A stretch of 64,000 nt of DNA from assembly GCF_000281045.1 (NCBI RefSeq), contig NW_008246080.1:257844-321843 (forward strand), given 5' to 3'. Of this stretch, positions 43,962-55,814 are shown piece after piece; the first letter of the stretch is position 1, and every line of letters begins with the position of its first letter. The notes below the pieces were generated by a model that was not told where the DNA came from, ran no database searches, and saw only the letters and a program-made list of their open reading frames with translations. The stretch comes from Saprolegnia diclina VS20 (taxonomy: Eukaryota). A program made the translations under genes and the position numbers.

Positions 43962-44656
43962 CTGCAACGTACCTACATTGGCACGGACTGCCGTCTTTAT
44001 CTCGTTGCAAGCATATCTCTAATTCGAGCTACACCCGCCACGGATCACTAGCCTTTGCAGAGCGCATCCTGGCGAGCTCGTGGCTATTGTAGTGCGTTGT
44101 CACCAGGCGACCGACCTGAGCGGACCAAGGGTAAGTATTATAGTCTAGCTGGCTAGTCTTTGTTACTGCAAGGAAGAAAAAATTGCTTCCTCCATGCATC
44201 CCATGCATCCTTCTCGCGCTTCTCGCGCCTCGTCACAGCTGGACGTCGTCCATCTTCGAGGCGCGTTCTCGGCTCGGAGCTCCATGCACCAAGGTACGAC
44301 GTCGACAAGATGGTAAAGCTACTGGTCGAGTTGGTAGTACCTGACTCGTGGCGCTGTTGGTGGAGCTGCTGATGGCGCTGCTGGTGGCGCTGCTAGTGGC
44401 GCTGCTGGTGGCAGCTCCACATCTCGAGTGATGTGGCCGTGCCGACCACCGTTACAGCCTCGGGTTCCAGAGCTCGTGGGTATACAAAGGTCAAGTTGCG
44501 TGCCACTTGGTGGCGGCAGCACAGGGTGCTAATTTTAATAAATTGGCGGCAGGCGATACAAACGCAAGTATAGTTGTATTCAAGGTCAAAAATAGAAATT
44601 TAATTCGTCCGAAATCCAGAGCCGTTGCAGTTTTCATTTTCATTTGGCCGAGAAGT

Positions 44657-44944
44657 ATGGACAAGGGCGCGAAGCGGACCGTCGGCAAGTACATCAACAG
44701 CAACTACGGCTGGGCCTTCAACCTCATCGCGAGCAACATCCTCTTCTGGCTCGCGGGCTTCCCGACCGTCCAAAAGTACGGCTACTCGAGCGACAACTAT
44801 GACATTTACGGCGGGATTCCGTCCGGCGGCGAAGGCTCGGGCGTCTTCATCGTGACGCTCGTCCTCATGTGCATTTGCTACATTGTGTACTTTGGCCGCA
44901 TGGCGGCGTACCTCCTTAGCGACGAGCCCCACAAGGACGATTAA
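44657..44944 (+). CDS. Small 95-aa protein with two predicted TM helices, unknown function
   Basis: Strong GC3 codon bias starts at ATG 44657. Hydrophobic segments are WAFNLIASNILFWLAGF and VFIVTLVLMCICYIVYF. An Inr-like TCATTTTCATTTG lies just upstream. Confidence 0.75.
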   Translation: MDKGAKRTVGKYINSNYGWAFNLIASNILFWLAGFPTVQKYGYSSDNYDIYGGIPSGGEGSGVFIVTLVLMCICYIVYFGRMAAYLLSDEPHKDD

Positions 44945-45412
44945 GCGGCGACGCTAGAACCCTTGAACAAGATCCTTTGCGTGTTTTCGACGTATGTACT
45001 ATGGCCTTTTGTCGATGCGTTGAGCGCTACTACAGATGCGTTGAGTGGCGTGCCAGCTCTACGGAGCTCCGATAGCCACATCATGGAAGCGATCTTACGT
45101 CGCAACCCAGTTGTTGAGGCGACATGGAGCGAGCGGGTGGGCGGGAACTGGAAGCGTGCCGAGATCGCAGCATGCTTGAGGCTTTTCCCGAACCACTCGA
45201 GCAATGCATTGAGGTTGACGCTCGGTCCTGCTGCATGGTGCTGTGTCTGCTCAAGACATCTCGTATGCCATGGACGGAAGCACAGGCATGCCTGAGCTGC
45301 ATGACTGCCATGCGCCTTGCAGTAGAACAGACTAATGAGGGATACAGGCGCAGCGCAAGCAAAGGCTTGTTACTGGAATTAATGCAATGCGTGCCACGTA
45401 GCGGAGCAAGCT

Positions 45413-46397
45413 TTAGTCCCGCTCGCTGATAGCCGTCAAGTAGCCGTCAATCTCGTTTTCGGTCAACTTCCGGAAGCTACGTTGTGGATGAGACTCGAGC
45501 AAGTGAGGGAGTAGGATGGCGACGTACCGTTCGCCTTCGACAATGATACCAACTTCGATCTCGCTCGGCTTGAAGTCGGCCGACAAGACCGACTGCAAGC
45601 ACGTGATTGCGGTGTGCACCGTCGTCTCGTGGTCCATCGCCGCATTGGCCTTGATCTTCTTCTCGAGGTAGTTGGTCGCTTCTTGGTCCTTGACACCAGC
45701 CGCCGTGGCCTTGTAGCCCCAGAAGTGGCCAGCCGGGTCGATCTTGTACAGCTGCGGGCCCTTCTCCTCGTCGACGCTACACAAATCATGACGCATCTGC
45801 AGACGACATGGTTGTGATGTACCTGATGAGCATGGTCACGACACCCAAGGCGCGCATTGAGGCATGCTGCGTGTAGACCTGCGAAATGTCGGCGAGGCGC
45901 TTCGCGAGCACGTGGCAGGGCACGGGGTAGCCATACTTGTGCTCAAAGTCGTGCGCTTCGTACCGCAAGCGCTGGACTTGGGCCTTGGCATCAGCTAGCG
46001 TCCACAGTCATTAGATTGCATACTAAGTGCTCTGCATACCGTAGAGACCCGTCATCAAGCACCCGATCAACGGCGTGATCTTGAAGATGTTGGTGACCGA
46101 GTCCGGGTCGATCAATTTGTCCTGCGCATCATCTCGATGAGGCCATGCCCACGCGACGATGGCCAACGTACCGGAACCTTCTTCTGTGTCACGACCACGC
46201 AGCTCTTGGCACCGCGCACGGCCACGGACGTGAGGCTGCTTTCCTTCACGGCCTTGAACGCGTACTCTACGCACGCCGCCATGAGCATGCGCTGCCACGT
46301 GCCATGGCCATGGCCATCAGCGGGTCCTACCGATCTGGTACAGGCGCCCATCCGGCGAGAAGATGGTAATGTGGCGATCGTAGCCGTCTCCAGACAT
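45413..46397 (-). CDS. PSMA6: 20S proteasome subunit alpha-1 (alpha type-6), multi-exon
   Basis: [46 protein letters not shown] and DPAG...GYKATAAG.K are present. Confidence 0.96.
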
Positions 46398-46761
46398 TGC
46401 TGCTTCCTGCCGCTTGGTCGAAAGGGGAAAATCGGGATTGCCATCGCGGCCTCACATTGTCGCCCAGCACACACATACTCAAACCAAGAGAAGACCAAGC
46501 GCATACAAATTCGCAGTGTCTTTCGTAGTTCGAAGTCCTCGAAAGCGTAGTTCGAAGGCCAAAGCATATCTTTCGAACGATCCGCGCTGCCGCCGCCCGC
46601 TCGGAGCACGTCCACTCGAGGAGGATGACATACGAGTTCTTATGGATGGGCCATACAGGCCATCGCCGGTGGCAGCGACAGGTCGTTGGCATGCTGCCCG
46701 ACGGAGGCCATGCGACGCAACGCATAACGGCGCGAAACGTCAACGCAGTCGGGACCACTCC

Positions 46762-47625
46762 ATGGGCCAGTACCTGGCAGCGCGCCGCGCGCCGCCGCCG
46801 TGCGATCTCTCGCCCGAGCAGATTGAGGAGATCCGCATGCTGACGCTGCGTACGTCATGTACTGCGTGAACAACGACGGCCATCCTCGGCCTTTTTGCTG
46901 TAGTCCCTGTCGAGGCCATTCTGCACTTTCGGACGCGGTTTCTTGTGTACAGCACCGACGATGCTATGAGCAAGGACGCCTTCTTGTCGATTCCAGGTAC
47001 GAGTACTGCGACTACTAGTAGAAACAGCCAAGGGGCGAGGCTAAGGCTGCACGCGCGTAGTCGTCGCGATCAATCCGCTGCGTGAACGCCTCTGGAGCCT
47101 CTTTGAGCTCACCCCGGAAGGCGACGTGGCGTTTCCCGTACGTCTTCCAGCGTCTTGCGCAAACTTCTGAACCGCATTAGGCTTTTGTGGCCGTCATGGC
47201 TGTCTTTACGTACCACAGCTCCAAGGATGCCAAGCTACGAGGTAGGCGTTCTGCAGCCTAGCGACGCCACTACAAAAGCACATACTAGCCTCGTTCAAGC
47301 TCCATGATTTCGATGGCGACGGACGCATCTCCAAAGCCGACTTGCTCGCGTACTTGTGTCTTGTCGCAGACTACGGCGACCCGACCGACGAGACGGAGAA
47401 GGTTGGCATTGGCTGCACTGTCTCGCCCTTGTGATGCGGTGAAGGACCTCGACATGGTGGTCACGCGCACGATGGAAGAGGTGTCGAGTGACGGGACGGC
47501 CGAGTTTCTGAGCTTTGACGACTTTGCAAGAGTACGTTGGAGGCTGATGGCTGAGGTGCATGGCGTTGCGCTACTAGGTGGTGCTCGCGACAGAGTTTGA
47601 GACCAAGTTATTGCTACCTCTGTAG
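46762..47625 (+). CDS. Calcineurin-B/CIB-like EF-hand protein, multi-exon, possible N-myristoylation
   Basis: The protein starts MGQ and has F..IP|...NPL.ER, KLR|ASFKLHDFDGDGRISKADL and LSFDDF. Five short introns are predicted. Confidence 0.8.
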
Positions 47626-47770
47626 TACTCATTCGACCTCAGATGCTACACGGATGAGAGCTCAAGGATCTTATGGCAAAGGTAGACAAGTGAAAATGTG
47701 ATGCCATGGCGAAGAACCATGTTGTGTTTTAAAGACTCCAATCTGAAAGTTTCCCTTAAGTAAAGACAAT

Positions 47771-48577
47771 TTACTTCTTCGACTTCTTGGTGGCGAGCTT
47801 GCGCGAGTAGAACTCGAGCTCCTTGCCCTCCAAGATGTAGCCGTCGCAGCGGCCCGACTGGCCGGGGCGCGACGAGATGCAAGCAAGGAGACGGCCCGAG
47901 TTGAACTGCTCCTCAATCTTGGGGTCGAGGACCTGGACGCGGGCGCGGGCGGCCTGCTTGCGCTCGACGTGGTTCGACTTCTTGGCAGCCTCCTCATCGT
48001 CGGCCTTGACCTTGCCGAGCTTGACGCCGTAGTGGGCTTCGTACCACTGGCGGAACGGCGTGGCATCGATCTGGATGATGGCGTTCTTGACGAGCGTCTT
48101 GGTGCGGACCAACTCGTTGTTCGACGCGTTGTAAAGCACGTCCAAGACACGCGTCTTGCGGGCCGTCACTTCCGTGCCCCACGAGAAGTTGCCGGTTTCG
48201 AGGCGAAGGGCGCGGAACTTGAGGTTACCGCCACGGACGCGGACCGTCGAGACACGCTTGGCGCCCATCTTGGTGTTGGCCGGCTGGCGGCCGAGCTCGA
48301 ACTTTCGCTTCTTGCGGAAGAACTTGCGCTTGCCACCGGTTTCACGGCGCTTGTGCTTCGAGTCACGGGAGATACCTACAGAGCATCATGCATCAGCACC
48401 ATGCACATAGATCATCGTTCGAATGCTGCACGACGGGGATACAGCAGTGAAGATGCTTCGCGCCCCGCAGCTGCGATGCAGCCGCGGGGTGCCAGGGCCC
48501 ATGGAGGCGGGCGCGCCTGGCGGGGCGGATCCCTCGACGTCGTACAGGCAATCGTAAGAGCAGGTCGGCGTACCCAT
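47771..48577 (-). CDS. RPS8: 40S ribosomal protein S8 (eS8)
   Basis: A 4-nt first exon ATGG (48577-48574) and an intron (~48377-48573) precede [39 protein letters not shown]. Confidence 0.98.
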
Positions 48578-48639
48578 CTTAGATGCTGTTCAGACGGAGC
48601 TAATACAGGAGTGATTTCAGCAAGGTTTTTGGCCCGTCG

Positions 48640-48710
48640 CCATTGGTGCCAAGCTGTGTTGGCCATTGGCTTGACGCGTGCGCGTGATTGGGCGGATATT
48701 AGCCAATCCA
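48640..48710. promoter_or_regulatory. Cluster of CCAAT/ATTGG boxes upstream of RPS8
   Basis: cattgg twice, gattgg and agccaatc lie within 70 nt. CCAAT boxes also occur at ~3393/3418, 7544/7579, 42781 and 43079. Confidence 0.6.
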
Positions 48711-50121
48711 AGCGACGTACAGTTTTGCACCAGTGAACGCGCAGTGCCGGATAAGGTGGCATAATCCGGATAAACGCAATTGCTTCGATGATTGATGACG
48801 CCTGGTGCTTGGGAGAGGCGCGAGATCGTGTCGACGAGACAAGGATGTACGCAGCAAGCTCGTAGCTGCTACTAGTAGCGAGGAAGACTATCTCGTGCAT
48901 AGATTGTATGGTATAATTGTGCGTCGCAGGACGGGGCATCTCGATGCGAACGGGTGCGGACATTAGGCAGCATCGCCTGAAGACCTGCAGACCAGCATGG
49001 TCCACCGTCGACCGCTAACATAACCAGTAGATCATGGGCGCAGCATGATAGCACCGTGATTGAGAGCATCGAATGCCAACAATGTGATGCAATGACTATC
49101 ATGCATGGGACCACGGGCGAAACCAAGATGGGCTGCTACCTCTATGTATCGTTCCTCTGGGGCGACGTTCGATCAATTTGACGCCGCGCCTCACCAGCAT
49201 GGGCGGTACCAGCACGGTGGTTCGAGCACAAACTAGATCCGGAGCTGCTTGACGTCGCTGCTACCATGCCGATGGCGCGCAATCTAGATATCCCCGTAGC
49301 CAAGACGCCTGTGCGGCCTCTAGCTACCAACGTGGCCCAGAGTGCTTGGATCTCGCTATACAGCCCTCCGTTCCGCCCGAGTGACATCGCAAGAAGTGAC
49401 TTGTGCGCCAGCGTTATGGTTGTGATTCGTCAGCATGACATTATCTAGTACCGAGACATGCAACATGCACATATAATGTAGTAATGCTCTAGACCATGCC
49501 GATCGTCTTGCACCGCGACCTCCAGTCGCTGCCGCCGCCTCAGTCGCTAACGTCTCTTTAGGATCTTGACAATCTGCGGAGCTTTGACGCCGACCATGAC
49601 GCCTGGAAAGATTCGACCGACCGTGTCGTCACGGGCCTCACCCGCGGCCACACGCGTCGTAGGGCGACGACCGAAGAGCCAGACGAGCCCCCGTGCCGCC
49701 GCCTGCGCAGCCACGGCCCGGCGAGCGAAGGAAGAAGAAGGAGATTGCTAGACTCTACGTATGCGAAGTCTTTATAACAGCGAAGATAACGCGAAATACG
49801 CTCATAAGGTAAGACCATCCCTACACATCGTGACGCATCATCGTGATGCATCAGCTCCCACACCTCGATGCATCCGACTGCGGTCGTTCAAGAAGACTAC
49901 ATCGAAGAACCAAGAGGCACATCGCTGACTACCTCGAGCTAGTGGAGTAGAGACGAAGCTCATATCGCAAGTTAGTACGGTCCCTGTCAAGGTGTGTACA
50001 ATCTTTGTCATTTTGCGTTGGACGCGGTTTGGTACGCCAATATATATTGGACGGGCCTCACGCATCAATATATTGGCCCAATAATATTCCAGTGACCGGC
50101 AAATTTCTCATTTCGCTCCCG

Positions 50122-53100
50122 ATGGCCAAGCTCAAGCGGAAGCGCGAGGATGCGACCCCCGAGACGAGCGACCCGTATGGGATCCATCTGCCCATCTGCC
50201 CCAAGGAAGTCCACCGCAACATGCAGACGACGACAACGGCAGGGAAGAAGCGCGGGCCTCGTCCGGCCACCAACTGCAGCGAGAACCCCAACTGCATCTT
50301 CGGCCTCGGCGAGTACATGGAGGTCTGTCCCGCGCGATGCAAGCGCTACAGAAGCTCATGCAGAGCGTAGGGGATCTGGAAGACGCACCCAGCTGTGCTG
50401 GATGCGCTCGGCGACAACCCCTCCCTCGCGGTCCGGACGCGGGTGACAGAGGACGGACCAAGCACCCCGTGCGGCTTGCGCAACCTCGGCGCCACGTGCT
50501 ACGTCAACAGCATGGTCCAAGTTCTCTTCATGGATCTCGCCTTCCGCCGGGCCGTGCACGAGTGGAAGCCCAACGACCGGAGCCATGTTGATGTTGGTCG
50601 CCTCGGGCAGATGCAAGCCCTCCAGCGCCTCTTTGCGAGCATGCAGTTGAGCACCAAGTCTTTTGCCGACCCGCAAGCCTTCTCGGGTACATTGAGCCTC
50701 GACGAAGACATTCAGCAGGACGCCCATGTACATCTGCATATGCGTATTGCTTGTCGTGCTCAGACATGTGTAGGAATTTACAAAGCTGCTCTTGACCCAC
50801 CTCGAGTCCATCTTTGCTTTCTCGTCGGACGAGCGCCAGCGTAGCTTTATCAACCAGCACTTTCGCGGGCGCATGCAGAACGTCACGACGTGCTTGCACT
50901 GCAACATGGCGTCCACGCGGACCGAGCCCTTCAGCGACTTGGTGCGAGGCCCTCATACAATGTCTCTCATGGATCCTAGAGTCTTGGCATCCGGGGCCAC
51001 GCGACGGTGCGCGACTCGTTGGAGGTATGATACCCTTCTTCCATGGATCACGGAGCGGGATGGGTGCTAGGCGTTCTTGGCGCCCGAGCTGCTGGAAGGC
51101 GACAACATGTACTTTTGCGGCCACTGCCAAAGCAAGCAAATCGCGACGCGCCAGATCCAGCTAGATTACAGTGCGTTGCCACCGACGCTGTCGCTGCACT
51201 TTATGCGCTTCGTGTACGACGTCCGATTGCAAGCGAAGAAGAAGGTCCAGGACGCGATTGCGATGAGCGAAACCTTGGTGCTTGGGCCACACCACTACAA
51301 GCTCACGGCCGTGCTCAACCACAAGGGAACGACGGCGCATGCCGGCCACTACACGGCGACGGTCTTTAGCCCCGACGTGGGCGACTGGTTTTGCTTCAAC
51401 GATGTCGACGTGTCGCTTGTCGATGCGAGCGCCGTCGTCGGTCCGTCAAAGGAAGCGTACATGCTCATCTACTCGCGCGTCGCAACGCCGGTTGCGCCAG
51501 TCGACGCGATTCCATTTGCGAGTGACGTTGAGACGAGCAATGCGCAGTTTGTGCTGGAGCAAGACGCGTGGACAACCGAGGTTTGCTGCTTGTGCGTGTA
51601 CCAGGATCTCACTTATATGGTCGCAGGCCAACGCGATCCAAAGCAAGATCGAAGAGCGCAAGAAGACGTACCGAAGGACGTTTGAGGCATTTGCACCCGT
51701 ACCCGATGCGGACACTGAGACATATGCGTGGGTCGCGACTGCGTACATCCAGCACTGGGTCCGAGGTGCCGACATTGGGTCCAGCGGTGTCGGGTTTGCT
51801 TTCGACACATCTGCCTATTTGTGCGAGCACGGACGGTTGCAGCCAACGCTCGCGCGTCTGCACTACAAGCGGGTATCCCCTCGGGTTGTGACTGCGCTGG
51901 CGCCTCCGCCAGAGGTAGTCGTGTCGAGTGCTACGTTTGGGTATGTCTCCTACTGTTCCAAGAACACAGTTCTTATAGCTATGTGGGTGTAGCTGCGACG
52001 ACTGCATGGAGGCGTGGAAAGCGACGACGTTGCAGCTGCACAACGATACGCAAGGAGTTTTGAGCCAACTGTCACACCTCCAGGCAAACGACCAGGACGG
52101 CGTTGCGTACGTCATCAGTCGCAAGTGGGTCAACGCGTGGAAGGTGTGCGTGCAACACGGTGTGAAGAAGGTCAAAACCAAGCCCGAGAAGCTCGACGAG
52201 GCAGAGACGATCCTCAAGAACCCGATCAACGCGGACATTGTGTGCCCGCACGGCGCGCTGCGGCCCAACACGCGCAAGCAATGGCGCACGATCTCGCCTG
52301 TCTCGTGGGCATACTTTTCGCGCGAAAACGCGGTCGCGCTGGAGCTCAAGGCGACAGGCAGCGCCCGCGAGTGCGACGAGTGCGCGGCCGTCGCGTTCAA
52401 CTTGGAGGAGTACCATGCGCAAGCGCAAACAGCGCGCGACGACGTGCTGCGCGCGAACCCGATGCTCAAGAAGCTTTACAAGCGTCGGTTTGTGCATCCG
52501 TTTGACGATGCGACTGAGATGGCGTGCGACGTCCCGTATGTGGTGCTGCCGCGGCCGTGGCTCCAGCAGTGGCGCAAGTACTTTGACGACATGAGCGTCG
52601 ACGAGCCGCCACCACTAGACCTTGCAGCGTTTCAGTGTGCGCACGCCAAGTACGTGGTGCCGCACAACATCAAGCACACGTTGCTCCCGTCGTCCGTGCC
52701 GGAGAAGCGCCATGCCGACGAGGGCGAGCTCGTGACGGTCGACGAGTGGATGCGACTGTATGCGATCTACGGCGGCGTCGACACGCCCTTTGTGGTGTTG
52801 AAGCAAAACATAAGCCACGTGGTCTATGGCACGCTGGAAAGCACGGCGGATGTCGCCGAGATCGATCTTGTGCACAGTGTCCAGCTCTGCAAAGTGTGCG
52901 AAGCGGCGCGCGACGAAGAGTTTCGCAACTTTCACATGGGTGTCGTGCACGTCGAGGTGCTTGGCCCGGACGACGTACGTACCATTGTTTGTACGTTTGC
53001 ATGTCTCATACTATCGTTGTGGTCTAGGCTGTCCCGTCCAACGCGACTAATGTAAGCGCCACCGCGCTCTCCAAGCGACGTCGATCGAACCGAAAAAGTC

Positions 53101-53596
53101 GCAAGCAGCGCGAAACGCTACACGTCGAGTGCAACGCTGACGACACTGTCCTCCTCTTCAAGCACAAGGTATCTACCGAATGTGGTATGCTCGCGTCCGT
53201 AGACTGCGGTTAGATTCTCGAGCACTGCGACATTGACCCGAACCACCAAGTGCTCTACTTCAAAGGCGTCCTCTTGGAGAACAACACGAGCCTCAAGGCG
53301 GCGGGGTACGGACACAAAACATAGCAATCATCGCACGTCGGATTCAACGTGTTTCCAGGGTCGAAGTCCACGACACGGTCTTTATGCAGGCGCTCGATAG
53401 CGAGCTCGGCGACTCGGACGCGATTCTTGTCACGGGTCCAACCACGGAGCGAGAGCAAGGCTTTCGCTCGACAGCGTTCCATGCTGGACCATCCTCGACT
53501 GCATCTGCTGTCGAACTCGTGTGGGTGTGCGCGCAGTGCACGTTTGTCAACGACGCCGACCTTATTGCCTGCGAAGTGTGTGACGCGCCCCACTAG
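50122..53596 (+). CDS. USP48: USP48/UBP26-like deubiquitinase with DUSP-like and Ubl-like regions and a C-terminal RanBP2-type zinc finger
   Basis: The USP48-type N-terminus is NCSENPNCIFGLGE. The Cys box is GLRNLGATCYVNS, followed by QQDA and the His box HKG..AHAGHY..FND. CxHG motifs and the terminal WVCAQCTFVN....ACEVC are also present. Confidence 0.85.
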
Positions 53597-53651
53597 TTGA
53601 CAGACGACGACGACGACGCAGATCTTATCCTTATCGTACAACAATGCAGTC

Positions 53652-55593
53652 TTAGAGCGCGATGCCGTTCTCGGCGCACCACTTCTTCATGATGCGCACA
53701 ATGTACTCGACCTGCGGGTTGTTGTTGGTCTTGAGCATGCCAAAGATCTCTTCCAGCTCGACGTGCGACGCTTTGCCCGCGACGACCTTTTGGAACACGC
53801 CGACGCACGCGCCGCGCTTGCCTTCCCAGTACTCGGGGTCCGGGTCGAGGCGCTCGAGGACGTCAAAGGCCTTGGCGGCGTAGAAGAACTCGCCCATCTA
53901 CGACGCGTCTCGCGTCTCTGCACCCCATGACGCGCGTACCTTGTAGCAGTCGTGCGCAATGAGCTGGAGCAAGTTGAACGACTCGTCCGAGTTGTCGAGC
54001 TTGAGGTAGAGGTCCCAGGCGCTGGACGGATTCGCGTTGAAGATGTAGCAGCGGCAGAGCCACGAGATGTAGCAATAGTCGTGCTTGTACTCGTCCTTGG
54101 TCACCTACCATCAAGGCCCATGGCACGCCGCCCGTGGGAAGCAAGGGACAAATACGCGAAGGAGCGCCTCGAGGGCCTCGGCGTGGCTGCCCGTGTTGCA
54201 GAGCGCGATGCCAAAGTTCCAGTTGAAGTCGTCTTCGTTGTACATGTACTGCTTGATCGAGTTGAGGTAGATGTTGACGTCCTCAAACTGCTTGAGAAGG
54301 TAGAAACACGACGCCATGCACTGCCGGCCCGGGATCGTGTCGCACTCGGTCGGCGAGCTCCCGACCAGCTGAAAGTACTGCTGCGCCGTCTTGATGTGCT
54401 GGCGCGAGTTGGTTTGCTGCCCGAGCGTCGCGTGCACGACTCCTACGACACCCGATTCCTCGCCTCGCCTTGTCGAAGAAGTTGAGAATGTACCCTTGAG
54501 AATGTACTCTTGGGGCGTCGATGGCTCAATGTCCTTGATGAGTTCGAACGCGTCTTGGACCTTGGCGTGCTTGAGGTAGTAGATCACCTAACATCAGCAT
54601 GCGTCGTTAGTCATCGGCAGGACGATACGACGTCGGACGAGATTGAGGCGGGCCTCGGTGAACGACTCGACGAGCGGCGGCAGCACGCGCAGTGCGTTCT
54701 GCCCGTCGTCAAACACCACGGTGTTGTGGCTCACGAGGTCGTTGAGCTCCATGTTGTAGCCCTTCTCGGTGAGCACCTTGAGCTCGTCTTTGGCCGCGTT
54801 GCCATTGTAGAGCTTGAACTGGTTGCACGCCTTGACGTTGATGGCGACGACGCTGTCGGGGAACGCTTGCAGATACGCTTGCATGATCTCGAGCGAGACG
54901 TCGTAGTAGTCGAGCTTGTAGTAGCACATGGCCACATAGACGTTGAGGGCGATGTCATCTCGGTTCTCGAGCAGAAGGCGCTTGTAAATGTCGGTCGCCT
55001 AAAAGACGTCATTGCCCGTTCGATGCGATAGCAGCATGCTTCTTGAAAGTGGTTGCGAAGGTAGTGGATCGCGGCGAGCGAGAGCTGGTCCTCCTTGCTC
55101 TGCGAGAGCTGCTGGTGGTACACGAGGAGCTTGTCTTCGTCGCCCAACTTGTGTGCGCAGTGAAACAAAATCCGGTTCTGGAGTGGGTTGCTCGACGGGC
55201 CCTTGGTCGCCTCCTTCATGGCCTCCTTGTACATTTGGAGGTAGTACATGCAGCACGCGCGGTAGAGCGGGACTTCATCCGGCGGGTCGCGGACCTCGTC
55301 GTACGTGTCGAGCGACCGTTGGTACTGCCCGAGGTGGAAGTAGCAGTACGCGAGCCAGAGCAAGTGCATGCGCTTGTCCTCGGCCTTTGTGTCGTCGCTC
55401 TTGACATTGAACTCGAGGATCGTCGCGCCGCCCGTAAAGTCGCGCTTCCCGACGCACTCCTCGACCGACGGGCCCTTCTTGGCCTTGACCTTGGCCGTCT
55501 CCTGCGCCGCCTAACCACGTGGTTAGCGCCATCTCGCCTCGTCGTCGCTGCTACCTTGGCGCGGGTCGTGCTCTTGGGCTTGGCCGTGTACAT
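53652..55593 (-). CDS. IFT56: Intraflagellar transport protein 56 (TTC26/DYF-13)
   Basis: [38 protein letters not shown] and [27 protein letters not shown] are present across several exons. Confidence 0.95.
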
Positions 55594-55814
55594 GTCCGTT
55601 ATGATCGCGACGCTTCAACGTACTCATCCGGATACGCCTCCGCGGCCAATCCCGAGCCGCGTGGTCCTGGCGCTGCCACGTCACGCTTCTATCAATGTAT
55701 CGGTTCCGCGCGTCTTTGCACCAACTGCTGTGAAAACAATGAAAAAGAAATAAGAAATAAGACAATATTGTCTCAATCGTATATATATATATATATACAT
55801 TGTAGTTGCAGCGC

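Noticed and set aside
44362..44413. 12-nt GCTGCTGGTGGC repeats and a Pro/Ala-rich minus-strand ORF
   Set aside because: There is no convincing gene structure or domain.
48800..50000. Gene-poor 1.2-kb stretch, possibly a decayed gene or transposon relic
   Set aside because: No terminal repeats, transposase or RT motifs, or coherent reading frame could be supported.
55780..55797. (TA)n tracts here and at ~42073
   Set aside because: They are ordinary intergenic microsatellites.
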